NCBI GenBank assembly: GCA_965205265.1
Contig: CBDBGH010000003.1
Location: 2,496,001 to 2,560,000, forward strand
Length of the DNA stretch: 64,000 nucleotides
Source: Alphaproteobacteria bacterium
GTDB lineage: Bacteria; Pseudomonadota; Alphaproteobacteria; Bin95
Reading direction: 5' to 3'
The position numbers and the translations under genes were made by a program. The notes below the pieces were generated by a model, which searched no databases, was not told the origin of the DNA, and saw only the letters and a program-made list of their open reading frames with translations. This document shows positions 8,553 to 19,050 of the stretch, one piece after another (positions within the stretch are counted from its first letter, which is position 1; every line of letters starts with the position of its first letter).

Positions 8553-9929
8553 CTACAGCTCGCCGTCGGCTTTCAGCATGTCGAGGGAGCGGGCGAAAGC
8601 GGCGACGGTGGCGTCGATCTCGGCTTCGCCGTGGGTGGCGGAGATCGTGCCGCCCGGCCAGCCGGTCAGGTCCACACCGTTCACATTCATCGCCAGCCTC
8701 AGCTTGTGCGCCGCGCCGGGCGCATTGCCCCGGAGCTCCTCATAGCCGCAGGCGAACGGGTCGAACGTGTCCGGCGAGACATCCTCCCGTCCGGCGGGGT
8801 TGGTGAAGATGTGGAAGACCGAGAAAGTGCCGTAGGCCGCCCAGGGGACGCCGGCGGCGCGGATGGCGTCGTTCAGGCCGGCGCGTATCCTGTCGCCCAT
8901 GGCGTTGGCGCGCGCGCAGGCGCCCGTCGCCTCCAGTTTGGTCAGCGCCGCAAGGCCCGCGGCCGCGGCCACCGGGTTGGCGTTGTAGGTGCCCTGGTGG
9001 CCAACCTTCTCGATGCCCTTCTCTCGGGTGACGTCGAAGTCGAGCCGCTCGAAGAAGTCCGCGCGCCCGGCAAGCGCTCCGCCCGGCAGGCCGCCGGAGA
9101 CGATCTTGGCGAAGGCCGTCAGGTCCGGGCGGATGCCGTAATGGCCCTGCGCGCCGCCCGGCGAGACGCGGAAGCCGGTCACCACCTCGTCGAAGATGAG
9201 CGCCGTCCCGGTCTCCGCCGTCGCCTCGCGCAGCCCTTCGAGAAATGCCGGGGAGGCCGGCACCATGCCGGTGGAGGAGCCCGTCGGCTCCAGGATGGCG
9301 GCGGCGACATCGCCGCCGGCGAGCCCGTCGCGCACGGCCTCCAGGTCCTCGGGATCGACCAGCACCGTGCTCTCGGCGATGCCGGGAACGAGGCCGATGG
9401 CCGAGGAGCCGTCGAAATGCGAGTTCTGGCCGGACGCCATATGGTCGTGCCAGCCGTGGAAGTGGGTGCGCACGCGCATGATCTTCGTGCGCCCGGTCGC
9501 CGTCCGCGCAAGGCGGAGCGCCAGCAGCGTCGCTTCCGTGCCGGAGGAGGTGAAGCGCACCTTCTCCGCCGAAGGCACCAGCGACTGGATCTTCTGCGCC
9601 CAGCGCAGCTCGCCCTGATGGCTTGCGCCGAAATGCGTGCCGCAGGCAAGCGCTTCCGAGATCGCCGCGTCCACATCGGGGTCGTTGTGGCCCAGCAGCA
9701 GCGCGCCGTGGCCGCCGAAATAGTCGATATATTCGTTGCCGTCGACATCCCATTTGCGCGGCCCCTGGGCGCGCTCGACATAGATGCCGTAGGGTTCGAT
9801 CCGGCGGCTGTCATGCGTGATGCCGGAAGGGAAGGTGCGGCAGGCCTCCTCGAACAGTTTTGCGCTGGTCGGCGTCTTTTCCCGATAGGCGGCCAGAATG
9901 CCGGAATTGCTGAGCGGGGCTTGCGCCAT
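8553..9929 (-). CDS. Class III PLP aminotransferase (GSA-aminomutase-like)
   Basis: DVDGNEYID, FTSSGTEA, LIFDEVVTGFR, AKIVSGG and GTYNANP motifs. Confidence 0.9.
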   Translation of the reverse strand: MAQAPLSNSGILAAYREKTPTSAKLFEEACRTFPSGITHDSRRIEPYGIYVERAQGPRKWDVDGNEYIDYFGGHGALLLGHNDPDVDAAISEALACGTHFGASHQGELRWAQKIQSLVPSAEKVRFTSSGTEATLLALRLARTATGRTKIMRVRTHFHGWHDHMASGQNSHFDGSSAIGLVPGIAESTVLVDPEDLEAVRDGLAGGDVAAAILEPTGSSTGMVPASPAFLEGLREATAETGTALIFDEVVTGFRVSPGGAQGHYGIRPDLTAFAKIVSGGLPGGALAGRADFFERLDFDVTREKGIEKVGHQGTYNANPVAAAAGLAALTKLEATGACARANAMGDRIRAGLNDAIRAAGVPWAAYGTFSVFHIFTNPAGREDVSPDTFDPFACGYEELRGNAPGAAHKLRLAMNVNGVDLTGWPGGTISATHGEAEIDATVAAFARSLDMLKADGEL

Positions 9930-9934
9930 GGGTT

Positions 9935-10975
9935 TCACTCTCCGTCGAGTTTGTAGAAGCGCCGCGCGGTGCCGGCGAACAGGTCGGCCTTCTCGCCCTC
10001 CGACGCGCCGGAGGCAAGCTTCTTGAAGGCGTTCCACATGACAGCATAGCTGCAGGACGCCTTGTCCACGGGAAAATTGCTCTCGAACATGCAGCGCGAA
10101 GGGCCGAACGCCTCGATACAGGTCTCGATATAGGGCCGCCAGACCGCGGCAAGCGTGTCGGAACCGGGCGCCCGGTCCTGCTTGTGGAAGTCGAACCCGT
10201 AAACCTTCATGCCGAGGCCGCCGAGCTTGACATGAACGTTTTCGCAGGCGGCGATGGCCCGGATGCCGTCCCGCCAGCCGGGGAAAATCTCCTCATGGCG
10301 CCCGGCATAGGGGCCGATGCCGAGCGGCCCGCCGACATGGTTCAGCACGATGCGCGCCTCCGGGAAGGCGCTGGCGAGGCCGACCGCATCCGCAAGCTGC
10401 GTGTGGTAGAGCCACGCCTCGAAAGTGAGGTCCAGCGCGGCGAGCCTGGCGAAGCCCTCGCGGAAGGCCGGATCGTCGAACAGGCCCGGCGGCGGGTTCG
10501 TGTGGCTGTTGCGCACGTCCGGACTCGGATCGTATCCGGCGGCGTGCCGGATGCCGCGAAAGCGCCCGTTGCCGGCGGCGATCTCGGCCAGCAGCACGTC
10601 TTCGGCCGCAGCGCCGAGCGTAAGGTCCGCAAAGCCGACAATGCCGGCGCAGGCCTGCGTCTCGCCGTAGCGCCCGGATGCGCTCATCGCGGCCGTGCCG
10701 TTGACGAATTCGACCTCGCCTATCGGCGCCTCCGCCTCCGGCCCGGCCGCCCGGTACATCGAGCCGCACTCGACGAACACCGTCGCGCGCACATTGTGGC
10801 CGCTGCCGGTGTCCTCCAGCAGCTCGTGCAGCAGGTAGCGGTGGAAGGGGAAATCCCAGAGATGGTGGTGCGGATCGACGATCGGCAGGTCCGGCTCCAG
10901 AATCTCCTCCTCTGTCGTGGCCAGCCAAGCGTCGTCGATGGCGGTCATCCGCGACTCGACGGAGTTTGCGGTCAT
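9935..10975 (-). CDS. Amidohydrolase_2 family protein
   Basis: IVDPHHHLW, VLNHVGGP, VKLGG and FESNFPVD motifs. Confidence 0.9.
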   Translation of the reverse strand: MTANSVESRMTAIDDAWLATTEEEILEPDLPIVDPHHHLWDFPFHRYLLHELLEDTGSGHNVRATVFVECGSMYRAAGPEAEAPIGEVEFVNGTAAMSASGRYGETQACAGIVGFADLTLGAAAEDVLLAEIAAGNGRFRGIRHAAGYDPSPDVRNSHTNPPPGLFDDPAFREGFARLAALDLTFEAWLYHTQLADAVGLASAFPEARIVLNHVGGPLGIGPYAGRHEEIFPGWRDGIRAIAACENVHVKLGGLGMKVYGFDFHKQDRAPGSDTLAAVWRPYIETCIEAFGPSRCMFESNFPVDKASCSYAVMWNAFKKLASGASEGEKADLFAGTARRFYKLDGE

Positions 10976-11937
10976 TCCAGTCCGATCTCCTCTCTCTCCC
11001 CCGGCTCCAGCGCCGCATGGAGCTTCGCCAGCCGATCGTAGCACTTGGCCTGGTAGCGGAAATGCGGCTGACGGAAGCGGTGCCCCGCCAGCAGGGTATC
11101 GACATCGCCGGCCGCATTGGCCTTGAGGAACGGCCAGTAGATCTCGCGCGCCATCTCCGCGAGCGCGACGACGGCCGGCCCCGGCTCCTCCCAGTCGCCC
11201 TCGACGCCGGAAAGGTCGTCCGCGCGCCGGACCCAGGCGTCGGTGCGCGGGGCGCGGGCGCGCATGACCGCCATCGGCGTCGGGTCGGTGCCGAGCGTCT
11301 TCAACTGGCCGAACAGCGCGAGGTCGGCGACCGAGGGGCGCGTGCCGAACAGGAACCGTCCGTTTGCGACCGTGCTTTCCAGCGCGTCCAGAACGCGCAG
11401 ATAGCTCGCCTCGAAGAGCGGCGCGGCGTCCGGTGTGGCGCCCACCAGGCTCATGCGTCCGGTCTGGCGTTCCACGAAGGGCGGAACGGCTGCGGCGTGT
11501 TCCTCTGCGGAGAGGTCGTCGCGCGCATCGTCCATCACCCAGCGCGCTGCGAATTCGCCGTCCTCCGGCGCGTTGAAGCGGTAGAAGAACAGGCATTTGG
11601 TCAGCCATTCGTCGGCCATGTCCTCGATCAACCGGGCGAGGAAGCGGTCGCGCGGGCGCTCCGGCAGCAGCGAGCGGTTCGGCCCGTGGCGCTTTTCCAG
11701 CTCCTCCAGTATGGGCGTGCTGTCGGTCCGGAGTTCGCCGTCGGGAAACCGGAGCACCGGCATCAATTGCGGGCGCACATGGGCGAGCGGCTCATACATC
11801 CGCACGGAGCGGCAGATCCAGCGATAGGGCAGCCGGCGGTAGCGCAGCGCCGCCCGGAGCTTGACGGTATAGGGGGAGGCCTCGACGCCGTAGAGGACAT
11901 AGGGGCGTCCGCCCGGCTCGCCGTCCGTGCGGGTCAA
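10972..11937 (-). CDS. Glutathione S-transferase family protein
   Basis: [29 protein letters not shown] and FLFGxRPSxAD motifs; TTG start overlaps the aapP stop. Confidence 0.8.
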   Translation of the reverse strand: MTRTDGEPGGRPYVLYGVEASPYTVKLRAALRYRRLPYRWICRSVRMYEPLAHVRPQLMPVLRFPDGELRTDSTPILEELEKRHGPNRSLLPERPRDRFLARLIEDMADEWLTKCLFFYRFNAPEDGEFAARWVMDDARDDLSAEEHAAAVPPFVERQTGRMSLVGATPDAAPLFEASYLRVLDALESTVANGRFLFGTRPSVADLALFGQLKTLGTDPTPMAVMRARAPRTDAWVRRADDLSGVEGDWEEPGPAVVALAEMAREIYWPFLKANAAGDVDTLLAGHRFRQPHFRYQAKCYDRLAKLHAALEPGEREEIGLE

Positions 11938-12725
11938 TGGGACAGGATCTGGCTGAGGAACAGTTTCGTCCGGTCCGACTGCGGATTGTTGAAGAAGGCT
12001 TCCGGCTCGTTCTGCTCCACGATCTGGCCTTCGTCCATGAAGATGATGCGGTGCGCGACCTGGCGCGCGAAGCCCATTTCGTGGGAGACGACCAGCATGG
12101 TCATGCCGCTTTCCGCGAGATCGACCATGACATCGAGCACTTCCTTGATCATTTCCGGGTCGAGGGCGGATGTCGGCTCGTCGAACAGCATGATGCGCGG
12201 CTGCATGCAGAGCGAGCGCGCAATCGCGACGCGCTGCTGCTGGCCGCCCGAAAGCTGGCCCGGATATTTCAGCGCCTGGTCGCCGATCTTCACGCGCTCC
12301 AGGAAATAGCGCGCGCGGTCCTCGGCCTCCTTTTTCGGCTCCCGGCGGACCCAGATGGGCGCGAGGGTGCAGTTTTCGATAACCGAGAGGTGGGGGAAGA
12401 GGTTGAAGTGCTGGAAGCACATGCCGACCTCGGAGCGGATGCGGTCGATATTCTTGATGTCGGAAGACAGCTCCGTGCCTTCGACGACGATCCTGCCGGC
12501 CTGGTGGTTCTCCAGCGCGTTAATGCAGCGGATAAGCGTGGACTTGCCGGACCCCGACGGCCCGCAGACGACGATCCGCTCGCCGCGATAGACGGTGAGG
12601 TTTATGTCCCGAAGCACATGGAACTCGCCGAACCACTTGTTCATGCCGGCGATCTCGATCGCAACCTCGCCGGACGCCGTCATCGCGCGGCGTTCCTCGT
12701 CCCGTTCGGTGGCGGCAGCGGTCAT
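11934..12725 (-). CDS. aapP: General L-amino acid ABC transporter ATP-binding subunit (AapP/BztD)
   Basis: [17 protein letters not shown] and [11 protein letters not shown] motifs; operon context. Confidence 0.92.
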   Translation of the reverse strand: MTAAATERDEERRAMTASGEVAIEIAGMNKWFGEFHVLRDINLTVYRGERIVVCGPSGSGKSTLIRCINALENHQAGRIVVEGTELSSDIKNIDRIRSEVGMCFQHFNLFPHLSVIENCTLAPIWVRREPKKEAEDRARYFLERVKIGDQALKYPGQLSGGQQQRVAIARSLCMQPRIMLFDEPTSALDPEMIKEVLDVMVDLAESGMTMLVVSHEMGFARQVAHRIIFMDEGQIVEQNEPEAFFNNPQSDRTKLFLSQILSH

Positions 12726-12738
12726 GGCGCCCTCCCTG

Positions 12739-14052
12739 CTATCGGTGTCCGACATCGAGGTTGCGTTCCAGATACATGGAATAGCGCGACATGGCGAAAC
12801 AGAAGATGAAGAAGAACAGCGCGATGAAGCCGTAGAGCTCCCACACAATGCCGTTCCAGTTCTGGTCGGCGCGGATCGGCTGCAGCAGGCCCACCGGGTC
12901 CAGCAGCCCGATGATGATGACGAGGGTCGTGTCCTTGAACAGGCCGATGAAGGTGTTGACGATTCCCGGAATGGAAATCTTGAGCGCCTGCGGCAGGATT
13001 ATGAGGCGCATCGATTTCCAGTAGTCGAGCCCGAGGGAATCGGCGGCCTCGTACTGCCCTGCGGGCAGCCCTGCGAGCCCGCCGCGGATGACCTCCGCCA
13101 TATAGGCCGAGGCGAAGGCGGTCACCATGATGACCACGCGCAGGATCAGGTCGAATTCCGTGCCGGGCGGCAGGAAGTAGGAGAGCAGCAGCCAGGCGAC
13201 GAACAGGAGCGTGATCAGCGGCACGCCGCGAATGAACTCGATGAACCCGACGCAGACTGCCTTGATGAGGATGAGGTTCGACTGCCGCCCGAGCGCCAGC
13301 ACGATCCCGATGGGCAGCGAGCCTGCAATGCCGGAGACGCCGATGATGGTGGACAGGAGGAAACCGCCGAGCCTGGCGGACTCCACCGGCTCCAGGCCGA
13401 TTGCCAGCACGGCGCTCAGCGCGTCCTCGAAGGCGACGACGCAGAACAGCCACCAGAGCGCCGCCCCGAGAATTCCCGCGCCGACCGCCGCCAGGAACGC
13501 GATCCCCTCATCCAGCCTTCCGCGCGCAAGCGGCGGCAGGAAGCGGATACAGGCCCAGCCGATGGCGATGCCGACGACGGCGCCCACGGGCCCCCAGAGC
13601 GAGCCGCCCCAGATGAGCCAGTAAGCGAGAAGCGGGTAGAGCGCGCTGAAGACGAGCAGCTTGCGCGGGGCGGAACTGAAGAGCGCGGGCCAGATCGCAA
13701 CGAACAGCAGCACGAAGGCCAGGACCGGCCGCCAGCGCAGCTCTTCCGGATAGAACCCGAACACGAACTGCAGGAACCGTTCGTTGATGACGGCGAGACA
13801 GGCGCCGTCGTCCACTGCGCGGCACCCCTGCAGCGAAGAGGCGTTCCACACGGAATCGAGGAACAGCCAGGGCACCACCATGGCGAGGATATAGGCGACG
13901 AACGCCAGCGACAGCAGGGTCGCGACCGAGTTGAAGACGCCCGAGAACAGGTTGTCGCGCGCCCAGCCGAGCGCGCCGCCCGTCCTGACCGGCGGCGGCG
14001 ACGGCGGGATCTGCCGCTCGGCAACGAATGCGACGGGCTTTTCGCCGGCCAT
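12739..14052 (-). CDS. aapM: Amino acid ABC transporter permease (AapM/BztC)
   Basis: [17 protein letters not shown] and FKDTTL motifs. Confidence 0.9.
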   Translation of the reverse strand: MAGEKPVAFVAERQIPPSPPPVRTGGALGWARDNLFSGVFNSVATLLSLAFVAYILAMVVPWLFLDSVWNASSLQGCRAVDDGACLAVINERFLQFVFGFYPEELRWRPVLAFVLLFVAIWPALFSSAPRKLLVFSALYPLLAYWLIWGGSLWGPVGAVVGIAIGWACIRFLPPLARGRLDEGIAFLAAVGAGILGAALWWLFCVVAFEDALSAVLAIGLEPVESARLGGFLLSTIIGVSGIAGSLPIGIVLALGRQSNLILIKAVCVGFIEFIRGVPLITLLFVAWLLLSYFLPPGTEFDLILRVVIMVTAFASAYMAEVIRGGLAGLPAGQYEAADSLGLDYWKSMRLIILPQALKISIPGIVNTFIGLFKDTTLVIIIGLLDPVGLLQPIRADQNWNGIVWELYGFIALFFFIFCFAMSRYSMYLERNLDVGHR

Positions 14053-14053
14053 C

Positions 14054-15268
14054 TCAGCGCTCCTTTAGCCTGACGCTTCTGTTGTAGGCGTTCATGCCTG
14101 CGGAGATCGTCAGCGAGGTCGCGAGGTAGAAGGCCATCAGGAGCAGGATGCACTCCATCTCGCGGCCCGTCTGGTTCAGCGTGATGCCGCCGAGCGTGCC
14201 CGTGGCGTCCATGTATCCCACCGCAATGGCGAGCGAGGAGTTCTTGGTGAGGTTGAGGAACTGGCTGATGAGCGGCGGCACGATGACGCGGAGCGCCTGG
14301 GGCAGCACGACGAGGCTCATGGTGCGCCCGGGCCTGAGGCCGAGCGCATAGGCCGCCTCCGTCTGGCCCTTGCTGATCGCGAGGATGCCGGCGCGCACGA
14401 TCTCGGCGATGAAGGCGCCGGTATAGACCGAGAGCGCCAGCCACAGGCCGATCAGGCTGTCGCGCATGTAGATTCCGCCCTTGAAGTTGAAACCCTTGAG
14501 GGCGGGAATCTCCAGCGAGACCGGCGAGCCCGCGGCGAAGAACGCAAGCAGGACCGGGACCGCGAGAATGGCGAGCCGGCCCCAGAACACCGGCAGGATC
14601 TGCCCGGTCGCCGCCTGCCGGGCCCTGGCCCAGCGGCCGAAATACCAGGCTGCGGCTATCGACAGCAGCAGGACCGCCCCGACCGCGGCCGAACCCGCTT
14701 CGAAGACCGGCGCCGGAATGTAGAAGCCCCTGTTGGTGATGAACACGCTGTCGAACAGCAGGCCGCTCAGCGCATCCTCGCCCCGGAAAGACCTCACGCC
14801 CGGCAGGACTTCGTTGACGATGGCGACCGTGAACAGGATCCAGATAAGGACCGGAATGTTGCGGACCGTCTCGATATAGACCGTCATCAGCCGCGCGACG
14901 ACCCAGTTGCGGGAAAGCCGGAGCACGCCGGCGAGAACGCCGATGACCGTGGCGGTGACACAGCCCATGACCGCGACGAGGATGGTGTTGATAATGCCGA
15001 TGAGGGCGGCGCGCCCGTGTGTGGACGTCGAATCGTAGTCGAGCAGGTGCTGGTTGATGTCGTAGGCGGAGGTTTCGAAGATGAAGCCGAAGTCGATGTC
15101 CTTGCCGAGCGCCTCCAGGTTCCGCACGGCGTTGTCTATCGCCCAGGCGAAGGCCAGCATGATGACGGCCAGCGCAAAGATCTGAATCGTGTAGGAACGG
15201 TATCGGGTGTCGTAAAGAAGCTGGCTGACGCGGAACGGCTCCGGAGGCGGCTGTCCTGTGCTGGACAT
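14054..15268 (-). CDS. aapQ: Amino acid ABC transporter permease (AapQ/BztB)
   Basis: RNIPVL, AFIAEIVRAGI and LTKNSSLA motifs. Confidence 0.9.
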   Translation of the reverse strand: MSSTGQPPPEPFRVSQLLYDTRYRSYTIQIFALAVIMLAFAWAIDNAVRNLEALGKDIDFGFIFETSAYDINQHLLDYDSTSTHGRAALIGIINTILVAVMGCVTATVIGVLAGVLRLSRNWVVARLMTVYIETVRNIPVLIWILFTVAIVNEVLPGVRSFRGEDALSGLLFDSVFITNRGFYIPAPVFEAGSAAVGAVLLLSIAAAWYFGRWARARQAATGQILPVFWGRLAILAVPVLLAFFAAGSPVSLEIPALKGFNFKGGIYMRDSLIGLWLALSVYTGAFIAEIVRAGILAISKGQTEAAYALGLRPGRTMSLVVLPQALRVIVPPLISQFLNLTKNSSLAIAVGYMDATGTLGGITLNQTGREMECILLLMAFYLATSLTISAGMNAYNRSVRLKER

Positions 15269-15330
15269 GCGTCACAGCTCCCCGTCAAACGCGGCCGAAG
15301 GCCTCGCCGTCACAAGGCCCCGGCCCGGAC

Positions 15331-15364
15331 AAAGAAAGGGCGCTTCCCCACGGAAGCGCCCTTC
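15331..15364 (-). terminator. Intrinsic terminator or attenuator after aapJ
   Basis: Minus strand GGGCGCTTCC stem followed by TTTCTTT. Confidence 0.7.
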
Positions 15365-15376
15365 GAGGTGTAGTGC

Positions 15377-16396
15377 TTACCGGAACGGCGGGGCGTAGAG
15401 GATGCCGCCCTCGGTCCAGAGCGCGTTCAGGCCCCGGGCGAGGCCGATCGCGGTGTTCTCGCCGATATGCTTCTCGAAGATCTCGCCGTAATTGCCGCCG
15501 GTCTTGATGGCGTTCACGGCCCAGTCGGAGGAGAGGCCGAGCATCTCGCCGTAATTGCCCTCGACGCCGAGCAGGCGCTTGACCTCGGGATCCTTGGTGT
15601 CGGCAGAGGCCATGCTGTCCACATTCGCCGCCGTGATGCCCTTCTCCTCGGCGATGATGAGCGCGTTCAGCACCCAGCGCACGATGTCGCCCCAGGCGTT
15701 GTCACCGTGGCGGACCAGCGGTCCGAGCGGCTCCTTGGAGATGATTTCCGGCAGGATGACATGGTCGCCCGGGTTCTCGAAGGTGGCGCGGGTCGCGGCC
15801 AGGCCGGAGGCGTCCGTGGTGTAGACGTCGCAGGCATTCGCGAGATATTTCTGCTGCGCCTCGGCGTTGGTCTCGATCGGCACCGGCTCGTAGCTCATGT
15901 TGTTGGCGCGGAAGAAGTCGGCCAGGTTGAGCTCGGTGGTGGTGCCGGTCTGGATGCACACGGTCGCGCCGTCGAGCTCGGAGGCCGACGAAACGCCCAT
16001 GTCCTTGCGGATCATGAAGCCCTGGCCATCATAATAGTTGACGCCCAGGAACGAGAATTTCAGGTCCACGTCCCGGCTCAGCGTCCAGGTCGTGTTCCGG
16101 TACAGGATGTCGATTTCGCCCGAGGCGAGCGCCGTGAAGCGGGTCTTGCCGGTCGTCGGCGTGAACTTGATCGCATTCGGGTCGCCGAACACGGCCGCCG
16201 CCGTCGCGCGGCAGAAGACGACGTCGAACCCGTCCCAGTTGCCGTCGGAGTCCGTGAACGCGAAGCCGGCGAGGCCGGTGGAAACGCCGCACTGGATGAA
16301 GCCCTTGGCCTTCACGTCATCCAGCGTCGCCGCGTGGGCCCCGACGGAGAACGTCGCGGCCGCGGCAGCGGCAACCAATGTCGTTTTGAGTCTCAT
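15377..16396 (-). CDS. aapJ: Amino acid ABC transporter substrate-binding protein (AapJ/BztA)
   Basis: RNTTWT, YYDGQG, GTTTELN, ISKEPLGP and YAPPFR motifs. Confidence 0.93.
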   Translation of the reverse strand: MRLKTTLVAAAAAATFSVGAHAATLDDVKAKGFIQCGVSTGLAGFAFTDSDGNWDGFDVVFCRATAAAVFGDPNAIKFTPTTGKTRFTALASGEIDILYRNTTWTLSRDVDLKFSFLGVNYYDGQGFMIRKDMGVSSASELDGATVCIQTGTTTELNLADFFRANNMSYEPVPIETNAEAQQKYLANACDVYTTDASGLAATRATFENPGDHVILPEIISKEPLGPLVRHGDNAWGDIVRWVLNALIIAEEKGITAANVDSMASADTKDPEVKRLLGVEGNYGEMLGLSSDWAVNAIKTGGNYGEIFEKHIGENTAIGLARGLNALWTEGGILYAPPFR

Positions 16397-16575
16397 GGGT
16401 CTTTGATCTCCCGTTCGAGTGCTTTGCACAATTGCGCGGAATCGTGCTGCTTTACTGCTCGGTGGAATCGCCCCCAACTACCGAACGCGACCTCCGCGCT
16501 CATGTTACCAACCGGCGCGCCGCTCGGCAACCGGATGTCACCGGACGAGGCCAGGCTTTTCGGCGCAGCGGCGGC

Positions 16576-17373
16576 TCAGGCTGCGGCGAATTCCCGGAAG
16601 GCCAGCGCGCCCTCCGCCGCATGGCTGAGCGCGATTCCATGGCGGGCGCCGGGGAAGACCTGGAGCCGGGCGTCGGGCAGGACGTCCAGCAGCTCGGCGG
16701 CGACGGCCATCGGCAGGAACGGGCTCGAATCCGGGTGCAGCAGCAGCACCGGGCAGGCAATTTGCCGAAAGGTGTCGGAAAGCGCCGCGCCCATCAGCAG
16801 GTCGGCTGCATCCAGCAGCGACGACGGCGCCGTGCGGCTCTGCACCTCGTGCATCCATTCCCGCTCGGCCCGGCCCACCTTGCCGTCGGCGAAGCGGCGC
16901 GGGACCATCTCTTCCGACCAGCGCTCCATGCCACCCGCCTCCACCGCCGCGCGCCAGACAGCTACATTCCGGATCGCCGGCCCGTAATGCCCGGTCGAGC
17001 AGGCGCAGACGCTCGCGACCCGCTCCGGCTTCCTGGCGGCCGTAAACAGGCAGGCCGTGCCGCCGAGCGACTCGCCGACGAGGTGGAACCGCTCGAACCC
17101 GGCGGCGTCCGCGACCGCCAGTATGTCGTCCGCCAGCCCGTCGAAGGACCAGCGGTGGTCCGGCCCCGGCAGGGTCGAGCGCCCGAAGCCGCAAAGATCG
17201 AAGCGGGCGATGCGGAACCGGTCGATCAGGCCGGGCAACCAGCCGGACCAGATGTCGCAATCGACCGCGACGCCGTGGCAGAACAGCACCGCCTCGCCGG
17301 GCGCGTTCCAGGGCGGCACGAGGTCCACGGTCTCCATGTGTAGGGCGTGGCCGGGTCGCTGGAGCATGGTCAT
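16576..17373 (-). CDS. Alpha/beta fold hydrolase
   Basis: FCHG, DLCGFGRS, GESLGG nucleophile and C-terminal His. Confidence 0.85.
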   Translation of the reverse strand: MTMLQRPGHALHMETVDLVPPWNAPGEAVLFCHGVAVDCDIWSGWLPGLIDRFRIARFDLCGFGRSTLPGPDHRWSFDGLADDILAVADAAGFERFHLVGESLGGTACLFTAARKPERVASVCACSTGHYGPAIRNVAVWRAAVEAGGMERWSEEMVPRRFADGKVGRAEREWMHEVQSRTAPSSLLDAADLLMGAALSDTFRQIACPVLLLHPDSSPFLPMAVAAELLDVLPDARLQVFPGARHGIALSHAAEGALAFREFAAA

Positions 17374-17666
17374 GGGAGCACATGAAACGCACTCGCCCCC
17401 GGCTTGTCAAAACCGGCCGCTATCGCTGTGCGACCGTCCTGCTCAGGAGCAACCAAACGCCTCGATTATCCTTGTATTTCTGGAACCGCATTCCACGATT
17501 GCAAGGATGACGCCGCACCGGCCGGGCAAGACCGCACCGGCCGAAATCATTGCCAAAGAGTAAACGAGTGCCGGCCTCGATCTTGAGGACAAGCCGGACC
17601 GGGGTGGCAGTGCTACATAAACGCGCCTGCTGCTTGCTTGCGAAAAGTGGGTAGGATGAAGTCGCC

Positions 17667-18404
17667 ATGGCGATGCTCGAAGTGGAAATCTGGCGCGGAG
17701 AGGGCGGGGACGGCGCCTGGCGGCGTTACGCCGTGCCGCATGAGGCCAACCAGACTGTGCTCGATGTGGTGACGCATGTGCAGCGCTATCTGGACCCTTC
17801 GCTCGCCTACCGCTTCGCCTGCCGGGTCGGCATGTGCGGCTCCTGCGCGATGTCCGTAAACGGCCGCCCGCGCTGGACCTGCCGCACCCATGTCTCGCGC
17901 GCCGCCCGCAAGGGCCGGCTGCGCATCGGGCCGCTGCGCAACCTGCCGGTCATCAGGGACCTCGCGGTCGATATGGCGCCCTTCTTCGAGAAATGGCGCG
18001 ACGCCGAGGCGCGGTTCGTCCCCTCCGCGGCGCCCCCGGACGAGCCGGTCCGGCCGGACGAGCCGGTCCGGCCGGACGAGCCGGAACGCATGGCCGCCGA
18101 CGCCGGCATCGAGTGCATCAACTGCGCGGTCTGCTACGCCGCTTGCGACAGCGTGGCCTGGAATCCGGACTATCCGGGGCCGGCCGTGCTGAACCGCCTC
18201 TGGACGCTGGTGAACGACCGGCGCGACGGCGACCGCGACGGCCATCTGGACGCCGCCGGCGCGGGCTGCCACCTCTGCCGCAGCCACCAGGAATGCGCCG
18301 ACGCCTGCCCGACCGGCCTCAACCCGACCGCCGCCATCGCCGGCCTCAAGCGCGAGGTCTTCCGCCGCACGCTCGGACGACCGGCGCGGGAGCCCCGGCA
18401 GTGA
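17667..18404 (+). CDS. Succinate dehydrogenase/fumarate reductase-type iron-sulfur subunit
   Basis: CRVGMCGSC, CINCAVCYAAC and CHLC...CADACP Cys clusters. Confidence 0.9.
   Translation: MAMLEVEIWRGEGGDGAWRRYAVPHEANQTVLDVVTHVQRYLDPSLAYRFACRVGMCGSCAMSVNGRPRWTCRTHVSRAARKGRLRIGPLRNLPVIRDLAVDMAPFFEKWRDAEARFVPSAAPPDEPVRPDEPVRPDEPERMAADAGIECINCAVCYAACDSVAWNPDYPGPAVLNRLWTLVNDRRDGDRDGHLDAAGAGCHLCRSHQECADACPTGLNPTAAIAGLKREVFRRTLGRPAREPRQ
18036..18084 (+). repeat. In-frame 18-bp tandem repeat (PDEPVR, about 2.7 copies)
   Basis: CCGGACGAGCCGGTCCGG repeated. Confidence 0.85.
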
Positions 18405-18727
18405 AGGAGGCCTGGCTGTTCGCGGCCCAGCGCATTTCGGCGATGGTGCTCGCGCCGCTGGTGCTGCTGCATCTGGGCGTCATCCTCTATGCGATCCGCG
18501 GCGGGCTCTCGGCCGAGGCAATCCTCGCGCGCACCGAGGGCAGCCTGTTCTGGGGCGCGGTTTACGGGCTGTTCGTGCTGGCCGCGGCCGTGCATGCGCC
18601 CATCGGCCTGCGCGCCGTGCTGAGCGAATGGTGCCGCTGGCGGGGCGCGGGTCTCGACATCGCCATGGGGCTGTTCGGCTTCGTCCTGCTGGCGCTCGGT
18701 TTGCGCGCCGTGGCGGCCGTGCTGTGA
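18401..18727 (+). CDS. Sdh/Frd-type small membrane anchor subunit
   Basis: GTG start overlapping the upstream stop; QRISAMVLAPLVLLHL...VHAPIGLR; 3 TM segments. Confidence 0.8.
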   Translation: MKEAWLFAAQRISAMVLAPLVLLHLGVILYAIRGGLSAEAILARTEGSLFWGAVYGLFVLAAAVHAPIGLRAVLSEWCRWRGAGLDIAMGLFGFVLLALGLRAVAAVL

Positions 18728-19050
18728 AACGCGGACCCTGGTGGGCGTTCCTGCTGCACCGGCTTTCCGGCGTGGCGCTCGCGGTCTTCCTGCCGTTCCA
18801 TTTCCTCGTGCTCGGCCTCGCGGTGGAGCGCGCGGCGCTCGATCGCGTGCTCGACTGGACGGACAACCCCTGGGTCAAGCTCGCCGAGGCGGGGCTGGTC
18901 GTGCTGCTGGCGCTCCACCTGACGGGGGGGCTGCGCGTGCTGCTGCTCGAGTTCGGGCGCTGGTCCGACCGCCAGCAGTCGCGGATCGCGCTTGCCGGCG
19001 GCCTCGCGCTGCTGGCGGGTTTCGGCTTTCTGGCGGCGGCCTTCGCATGA
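18724..19050 (+). CDS. Sdh cytochrome b556-type membrane subunit
   Basis: HRLSGVALAVFLPFHF...LHLTGGLR. Confidence 0.8.
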   Translation: MKRGPWWAFLLHRLSGVALAVFLPFHFLVLGLAVERAALDRVLDWTDNPWVKLAEAGLVVLLALHLTGGLRVLLLEFGRWSDRQQSRIALAGGLALLAGFGFLAAAFA

